Shown: in pieces, positions 58,848 through 64,000 of the stretch
Layout of the letters: each line of letters opens with the position of its first letter
How positions within the stretch are numbered: position 1 is the first letter of the stretch
Origin: a bacterium
GTDB lineage: Bacteria; UBA8248
NCBI GenBank assembly: GCA_965261085.1
Contig: OZ253442.1
Span: 4,000,001-4,064,000, forward strand
Length of the DNA stretch: 64,000 bases
Reading direction: 5' to 3'
Notes under the pieces: generated by a model
The model's database searches: none
Told to the model about the DNA's origin: nothing
The model's input: the letters and a program-made list of their open reading frames with translations, nothing else
Program-made: the position numbers and the translations under genes

Positions 58848-58954
58848 GAGACACCTTCCTGAAATTCGCTCAAAATGGCCCCGAAGCGGGGGGTTTCTCT
58901 CGTTTTTTCTATCTTGCGCAGGAAATTATAGCAAATCGGACGACTCCATGCGCA

Positions 58955-59716
58955 TCAGCCCTTGAAATTCCGCTCCTCATGGATTTTCTGCGCCCGGCGC
59001 AAATCCGCCTTCGTGTTCACGCCCAAAGCCTCTTCGGGCGATGCCAGACAGATGCCGAGAATCACGCGGCCCTCGGCGCGCGCGATGGGAAAAACATCGG
59101 GCAGGTAAAACTCCCCCTGGTTGTTTTCGGCCCTGACTCTCGGCAGGGCGTTTTGCAGGAAAGCGACCTCGAAGGCATAGACGCCCGTGTTGATCTCGAG
59201 AATCCTTTTCTGCGCATCCGTAGCGTCCGCCTCCTCCACCACGCCGATGAGTTCCTCGCCCTCGCGCACCACGCGGCCATATCCGTGCGGATCCCCGGCG
59301 GTGGCCGTGAGCATGGTGGCCGCCGCGCCCGCCTCTTCATGGAGGCGGGCCAACTGCCTCAAGGTGGCGGTTCGTATCAGGGGCGCATCACCACACAACA
59401 GAAAAAGATGTTTCGCCTTGGTGGACAGGGCGGACAAGCCCACCTCGGCGGCGTGTCCCGTGCCGAGTTGTTCTTCCTGAACGGCGAAGACGATATCCGC
59501 ATCATCGCCTGAAAACGCCTCTTGAACGTCATGGGCCTGGTGGCCCACGACGGTGACGATGGGCTGGGCGCCTGCTTCTCGCGCAGTGGTCACGACGTGG
59601 CGGATCAGGGGCTCCCCGCCCACGGGATGCAGCACTTTCGCCAGCGGGGATCGCATGCGCCTGCCCTGGCCGGCCGCAAGGATGACGGCGGCGAACCCAT
59701 CGCCTCGATGCGACAA
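58955..59716 (-). CDS. Bacterial GlmU N-terminal uridyltransferase domain only
   Basis: LAAGQGRRMRS..KVLH, EQLGTGHA, GDAPL, GYGRV, EINTG, NNQGEFYLPD; stops at 253 aa. Confidence 0.85.
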   Translation of the reverse strand: MSHRGDGFAAVILAAGQGRRMRSPLAKVLHPVGGEPLIRHVVTTAREAGAQPIVTVVGHQAHDVQEAFSGDDADIVFAVQEEQLGTGHAAEVGLSALSTKAKHLFLLCGDAPLIRTATLRQLARLHEEAGAAATMLTATAGDPHGYGRVVREGEELIGVVEEADATDAQKRILEINTGVYAFEVAFLQNALPRVRAENNQGEFYLPDVFPIARAEGRVILGICLASPEEALGVNTKADLRRAQKIHEERNFKG

Positions 59717-59721
59717 AAAAT

Positions 59722-61110
59722 TTATCTCCGGCGGGTGGGGGAAGACTTGGTGAGTCCGAATTCCTGGAGTTTTCTTCTCAGCGTGTTGCGGTTGATCCCC
59801 AACAGACGCGACGCCTGCACCTGGTTTCCGCCCGCTTCGCGGAGCACCAGTTCAAGTAAGGGTTTTTCGACGCTGCGGATGGTGTGATCGTAGAAATCGC
59901 TGCTCCCTCCATCGCCCAAGGCGGTGACTACCGAGGAGAGCCTTTCGCGGAAAAAGCCTTCGATGTCGCTGCTTCTCTTCCTCTGGGGCGAGGGGCTCAA
60001 ATCATCGAGTGAAATCGAGTTGCCCTCGCTCACCAGGAAGGCGCGGCACACGGCCATCTCGAGTTCGGATTCATTTCCCCACCACTTCTGCCCGCAGAAC
60101 CATTCCATCGCCGCCGGCGTAATCCGCCTTCTCGGCTGTCCGACGCGGCTCGAAAATTCATCCAGAACCCCCTGGGCCACGAGCGAAATGTCCTTTTTCC
60201 TATCGCGCAGCGGGGGAATCTTGATGAAACAAGCCGTCTCCTTGCGGTACAGACGATTGAGAATCTTGTCCTGTATCAGCCTTTCGGGATCGTGCGTGCA
60301 TCCGAATATCACGCGAAACTCCTGTGAGAGGCTTTTTTCCCTCAAAACCTTGGACAACGCCTTCTGGTGGTCCAAGGAGATGAGCTGGGCGTCTTCGATG
60401 AAGAGCGTACCCCCTTTTTCGAGTATATCTCCCTCTTCACCACGCTTCTCTGCCATACGTTTGATGGCTTTCTCAAGCGTCGAGGCGCGCCTCATTTTCG
60501 GCCCCCAGTGCAAAAAAGGGTGCCGAGCCCCTGGATATTGGGAATGCAGCGCGCGGGCGACGAGCTGAAAATTCAACCCCTTCTCCCCCTCGAGGAGAAT
60601 AGAGCGGTATTTCTGCCCCGCAAGTTGAATCGAGCGCCTGAGCCTCTCGGCCGCCGCGCTCGTTCCCACGAATCGCCATCCACTATGCTCTTCCCTCGCC
60701 TCGGTGCGAAGCCACCTGAGTTCCCTGCGAAGATAGCCCTCCTCACTCAACGACCGGGAGAACTGAAACACTTCTTCGGGATGCACCTCGTCGACGAAAA
60801 CGCTCCGCGCGCCCGATTGGATGCTCAAGGGCGTGAGTCCTTTATCCTCGGGGCGCAACACCGCCGCGAACGGCTTGCCCGTCTCCGCGATTCTCCGCAT
60901 CGGAGCCGTCTCGGCGGGATCGGCCGCCCCGTAAAGAATAAAATCGCACCAATTCACGCTCGATCGCGCTTTATGGGGAGTTTCGAAATAAAGCGCCTCC
61001 ATGCCGATGTTCCGCAAGCCGCCGAGCATACCCTCTCTGCCCGGCGTGAGGTGGCCTACGAAGAGCGCCTTCGCGTGAGTCGCTTCCTTATTGATTGCAT
61101 TCACCAACAC
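59722..61110 (-). CDS. Degenerate NtrC-like regulator (pseudo-receiver, degenerate AAA, Fis HTH)
   Basis: GGTLFI, IPPLRDR..DI, WWGNESEL, GGNQVQASRLLGINRNTLRRKL. Confidence 0.8.
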   Translation of the reverse strand: MLVNAINKEATHAKALFVGHLTPGREGMLGGLRNIGMEALYFETPHKARSSVNWCDFILYGAADPAETAPMRRIAETGKPFAAVLRPEDKGLTPLSIQSGARSVFVDEVHPEEVFQFSRSLSEEGYLRRELRWLRTEAREEHSGWRFVGTSAAAERLRRSIQLAGQKYRSILLEGEKGLNFQLVARALHSQYPGARHPFLHWGPKMRRASTLEKAIKRMAEKRGEEGDILEKGGTLFIEDAQLISLDHQKALSKVLREKSLSQEFRVIFGCTHDPERLIQDKILNRLYRKETACFIKIPPLRDRKKDISLVAQGVLDEFSSRVGQPRRRITPAAMEWFCGQKWWGNESELEMAVCRAFLVSEGNSISLDDLSPSPQRKRSSDIEGFFRERLSSVVTALGDGGSSDFYDHTIRSVEKPLLELVLREAGGNQVQASRLLGINRNTLRRKLQEFGLTKSSPTRRR

Positions 61111-61116
61111 ATACCC

Positions 61117-61422
61117 TCAACGCATCCGAAAAACCGGTCCGGTATCCGAAAGACCGGAAAAAACCACTTCATCGCCGATGGAGGGCTCGCCTTCATCATC
61201 ATCCGCGAGGCGGGCGAGAATTCGCCCCCCCTCTTCCAATTCCACCAAAGCGAGCAGATAGGGCGTCGGCATCCCCCTGGCTCCCATGTGAACCAATGAG
61301 AAGCTGTAGACGACTCCCCGCCCGGAGGCTCGTCTCTCTTCCGTCCCTGCGCCGCAATGACTGCAACGCTCCGACTTCTCTAAATAAATTCGCCCGCATC
61401 CGGCGCAAACGAACATCTCCAT
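61117..61422 (-). CDS. DUF35 Zn-ribbon/OB-fold protein
   Basis: CAGCG, CSHCG, G.VYSFS.VH, PYLLALVELEEG. Confidence 0.88.
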   Translation of the reverse strand: MEMFVCAGCGRIYLEKSERCSHCGAGTEERRASGRGVVYSFSLVHMGARGMPTPYLLALVELEEGGRILARLADDDEGEPSIGDEVVFSGLSDTGPVFRMR

Positions 61423-61448
61423 CCGCGATCATCCATCCTTCTCCGCGC

Positions 61449-62609
61449 TCAGGCGGTCGCCCCCAGAATATGCACGGCGCATGTGGCGCCCGAGCCTCCC
61501 AGATTGTGGGCCAGACCCACTCCGGCGCCCGGAACCTGGCGTGGGCCCGCCTCTCCGCGTAACTGAAGCGTGAGCTCATGAATCTGCGCCACGCCCGTCG
61601 CCCCTACCGGGTGGCCTTTCGATTTCAGGCCGCCGCTGGTGTTCACCGGCATCGCGCCGCCGAGCTTCGTCATCCCCTCCAGCGCGCCGCGGCCTCCCTC
61701 GCCTTTGGCGAAAAACCCCAAATCCTCGAGCGCAATGATCTCGGCGACCGTGAAACAATCGTGAATCTCGGCCAGGTCGATGTCCTCACGACTGAGCTCC
61801 GCCTGGGAGAAGGCCTCCTCCCCCGCCTTTTGCGTGGCGTAAAAAGAAGTAATGTCGCGCTTGTCGGAGAGCGCGGGTGAATCCGACGCCTGCGCCGACG
61901 CGAGAACCTCGATGGGCTTTCCGTGATACGCAGAGGCCATTTCGGCGGGGCACAACACGACGGCCGCCGCCCCGTCGCTGATGAGCGAGCAATCAAAAAG
62001 CCCGAGCGGCTCGGCTACGGGCTTGGCGTCCAGCACCTGGGGGAGCGTTACGTCTTTTTGCATGTGCGCGTTCGGGTTGAGCCTGCCGTGGGCGTGATTT
62101 TTCACCGCCACGTGGGCGATCTGCTCACGCGTCGTTCCGTGCTCGTGCATGTGGCGTCGGGCGATGAGACCGAAAAGAGCGGGAAACGTGGAGCCGACGC
62201 TCGCCTCCACCGCCACGTCCCCGGCGGCGGCGAGGATGGATGCCGTCTCGTCCGTCTCCGCCGACGTCATCTTCTCCACCCCTGCGATAAGGGCGAAATC
62301 CACCTGTCCCGAAGCCACGGCCAGCACCCCCTGGCGCATGGCGAGTCCTCCCGAGGCGCAAGCGCCCTCGAGCCGGGTGCAGGGTATCGCGCCCAGTCCC
62401 GCCGCGTGCGCCACCATGGGCGCGAGGTGGTTTTGCCCGACGAAGGCGTGGCCGGCGAAATTTCCCAGAAAAAACGCCTCGATTCGCTCAGGTTCGAGAC
62501 CGGCGTCCTCGAGCGCGTTCCTGCAAGCGATCGCGCCCAGGGCGATGAGGCTTTCCGAGCGCACCCCAAAAGGCGTGATGCCAACCCCGATGATCGATAC
62601 GTCACGCAC
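61449..62609 (-). CDS. Thiolase family protein
   Basis: EGACASG, GVEKM, AEIHDCF, NTSGGLKSKGHPVGATG, HNLGG. Confidence 0.92.
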   Translation of the reverse strand: MRDVSIIGVGITPFGVRSESLIALGAIACRNALEDAGLEPERIEAFFLGNFAGHAFVGQNHLAPMVAHAAGLGAIPCTRLEGACASGGLAMRQGVLAVASGQVDFALIAGVEKMTSAETDETASILAAAGDVAVEASVGSTFPALFGLIARRHMHEHGTTREQIAHVAVKNHAHGRLNPNAHMQKDVTLPQVLDAKPVAEPLGLFDCSLISDGAAAVVLCPAEMASAYHGKPIEVLASAQASDSPALSDKRDITSFYATQKAGEEAFSQAELSREDIDLAEIHDCFTVAEIIALEDLGFFAKGEGGRGALEGMTKLGGAMPVNTSGGLKSKGHPVGATGVAQIHELTLQLRGEAGPRQVPGAGVGLAHNLGGSGATCAVHILGATA

Positions 62610-62629
62610 TTCTCACCCCCTCGCTGTAT

Positions 62630-63958
62630 TCATACGCGCGATTCGCGCAAATCTACGAACCTTTTCGCCTTGAACGTCGTTCTCTCGAAAGAACCCGCAG
62701 GCAAAACCTCCACGTCGGGCGTCACCAGGAGTTCCTTTCGGAGCCTGTCGCGCAATTTGTCGCCCAAGGTCGAGTTCGCCTCTCCCTCGGTGGCTTCGGC
62801 CACGACGACGCAACGATCCCGCCCCGTCGATTCATCCGGGTGCAATTCCACGCGGAACTCGTTGCTGAGGCCCGAGAAACTCCGCACCACTTCTTCCACC
62901 TGAATGGGGTAGAACTTCGCTCCCTTGTAGATGACGAGATCGTCATGGCGTCCGAGAATGCCCCCCGGCGAGCGCAGGTGCGTTCTGCCGCAAGGGCTGG
63001 GAGAGCTGTCCACGCGCGCGAAATCATTCGTCCAGTAGCGCAGCATGGGCGTGGCCTCGCGCGTGAGATGCGTGATGACGAGAATGCCCACTTCGCCTTC
63101 GGGCGTCGGCTTTTTCGTCTCGGGGTCGACCACTTCGATGATGTGGTGATCCTCCGCCCAGATGAGGCCGGATTTCGCCACCGATTCACTCGCGAAGGTC
63201 GGCCCGATCTCGCCCAGCCCGTAATAATCATAAGCGTCGATTCCGAGGGCGGCTTCGATTCGAGAGCGCGTAGAGGGGTTCTGCGCGCCCGCCTCCCCGC
63301 CAAAGGAGCCGATTTTCAAGGGAATCTCACCGGGCTCCACACCGCTTTCGGTGAGTTTCTCGCCGATGTACAAGCCATAGCTGGGCGTGCTCAAGAGCAC
63401 CGTCGAGCCGATGGTGGTGAGATAGAGTATCTGGCGCTCCGTCATGGCGGCGCCGATGGGTATCACGAAACAACCGATCTTCTGGGTGGCGTAGTGCACG
63501 CTCATTCCGGCGACCCACAGGCCGTAGCTGAATGCGTTCTGGACGATGTCGCCCGGCCGTACCCCGAAGCTCCACATCGTGCGCGCCGTGAAATCCGCGA
63601 TGTTCTCGACGTCTTGCTTGCTCCAGATTGTGCTCACGGGCACCCCGGTCGTACCCGTGGAGGGGTGCAGCTCTCCCCACTCCTGGGGCGGAGCGACGGT
63701 GTATCGCCCAAAGGGCGGATGCGCTTGCTGCTCATTCCTGAGTTCTTGCTTGGTGACGAAAGGAATTTTCCGCAGGTCATCGAGCGTGCGCACCGAATCG
63801 GGTCCCACGCCCGCCGCATCGAGGCGTTCACGATAGAATTCGGATTTCTGATAGCAGCGGCGGACCTGCCACTTGAGGCGTTCGAGTTGCAGGGAGGCGA
63901 GTTCATCGCGCGCCATGCGTTCGATGCGCCGATCCCAAAAATCACCGTTTCCCACCAT
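62630..63958 (-). CDS. Phenylacetate-CoA ligase family protein (PaaK-like)
   Basis: STGTTG, AFSYGL, YYGLGE, PMLRY.T.D, GRHDD. Confidence 0.88.
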   Translation of the reverse strand: MVGNGDFWDRRIERMARDELASLQLERLKWQVRRCYQKSEFYRERLDAAGVGPDSVRTLDDLRKIPFVTKQELRNEQQAHPPFGRYTVAPPQEWGELHPSTGTTGVPVSTIWSKQDVENIADFTARTMWSFGVRPGDIVQNAFSYGLWVAGMSVHYATQKIGCFVIPIGAAMTERQILYLTTIGSTVLLSTPSYGLYIGEKLTESGVEPGEIPLKIGSFGGEAGAQNPSTRSRIEAALGIDAYDYYGLGEIGPTFASESVAKSGLIWAEDHHIIEVVDPETKKPTPEGEVGILVITHLTREATPMLRYWTNDFARVDSSPSPCGRTHLRSPGGILGRHDDLVIYKGAKFYPIQVEEVVRSFSGLSNEFRVELHPDESTGRDRCVVVAEATEGEANSTLGDKLRDRLRKELLVTPDVEVLPAGSFERTTFKAKRFVDLRESRV

Positions 63959-64000
63959 GGCCGCGGAACCTTATGTAAGGAGATAAAAGCGAGCAAAACC

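Overview
GC-rich bacterial chromosomal window; the host lineage cannot be assigned from sequence alone. Left to right: (1) an ietAS-type AAA-ATPase + S8 protease module running off the left edge; (2) a ~19.5 kb surface-glycan locus (3.2-22.7 kb) directly downstream of a tRNA-Glu(TTC). It has two asnB-type amidotransferases, two convergent O-antigen-ligase-like proteins, an ABC flippase, a GT2-cytidylyltransferase fusion, a NeuA-NeuB-type fusion and an unexpected translationally coupled LarA-family (nickel-pincer) racemase/epimerase; (3) a promoter-bounded operon coupling an exported, atypical di-heme cytochrome c peroxidase-family protein to a PhnDCE-type ABC importer; (4) amtB-glnK and assorted metabolic genes, including a selenoprotein (Rdx/SelW, CxxU with candidate SECIS) that the ORF track truncated, coupled to MOSC and PhzF genes; (5) an HMGS-like-DUF35 fusion with a thiolase; (6) a ~3 kb variable patch with REP-like and MITE-like repeats and a truncated gene; (7) housekeeping genes: E1 dehydrogenase, futalosine-type menaquinone genes, gatC, UvrD, a glm operon with three GlmU-related genes, a degenerate NtrC-like regulator, and PaaK-thiolase-DUF35. 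No CRISPR array, rRNA, integrase or transposase was seen. All family assignments are from motif recognition by eye, not database searches.
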